Below, piece by piece: positions 63,968 to 64,000 of a DNA stretch of 64,000 nucleotides (positions are counted from its first letter, which is position 1; each line of letters begins with the position of its first letter). Source of the stretch: Callorhinchus milii (lineage: Eukaryota); contig NW_024704745.1 of the NCBI RefSeq assembly GCF_018977255.1, positions 65,472,001 to 65,536,000 of the forward strand, read 5' to 3'. The translations under genes and the position numbers were made by a program. Below the pieces are notes generated by a model, which was not told where the DNA came from, searched no databases, and saw only the letters and a list, made by a program, of their open reading frames with translations.

Positions 63968-64000
63968 TAACAACAACAACAAAATTACATTTGTATAGCG
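63968..64000 (-). mobile_element. L2 3' tail (continues beyond the window)
   Basis: (aac)n aaaattacatttgtatagcg. Confidence 0.75.

Noticed and set aside
1-64000. Most ORFs in the six-frame track
   Set aside because: They are frames of L2/CR1/SINE copies (recurrent [36 protein letters not shown]) or short chance ORFs, not host genes.
1-64000. CRISPR-like arrays, operons or prokaryotic defence systems
   Set aside because: Eukaryotic intron/intergenic DNA; the recurring motifs are dispersed retroposon tails, not regularly spaced repeat-spacer units.

Overview
This is repeat-rich vertebrate genomic DNA, most likely from a cartilaginous fish. The dominant tRNA-derived SINE and L2/CR1 families resemble, from memory, those of the elephant shark Callorhinchus milii or a related holocephalan; this is inference, not a database result. 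The only host gene I can support is the 3' end of DDX10 (DEAD-box RNA helicase) on the + strand: a 146-nt penultimate coding exon (23598-23743), a terminal exon (38391-38595, ...PLDTGLSLVEDEELVLHLL...) and an AATAAA at 39062. Positions 1-23597 and 23744-38390 are intronic, and about 39.1-64 kb appears intergenic. The rest is layered mobile-element debris: L2 and CR1 LINE fragments, a young tRNA-Ala-headed SINE in long and short forms, older Deu-domain SINEs, AmnSINE2-like copies, two non-autonomous DNA transposons with clean inverted repeats, and an unclassified ~570-bp repeat in five copies. Almost all listed ORFs are repeat-derived or spurious. I found no convincing new biological system. 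The best leads are the modular SINE/L2 tail relationships, a SINE-derived fold-back hairpin, the unclassified repeat, inverted L2 remnants around the DDX10 exon, and hairpin or CNE-like blocks. Repeat boundaries are estimated by eye.
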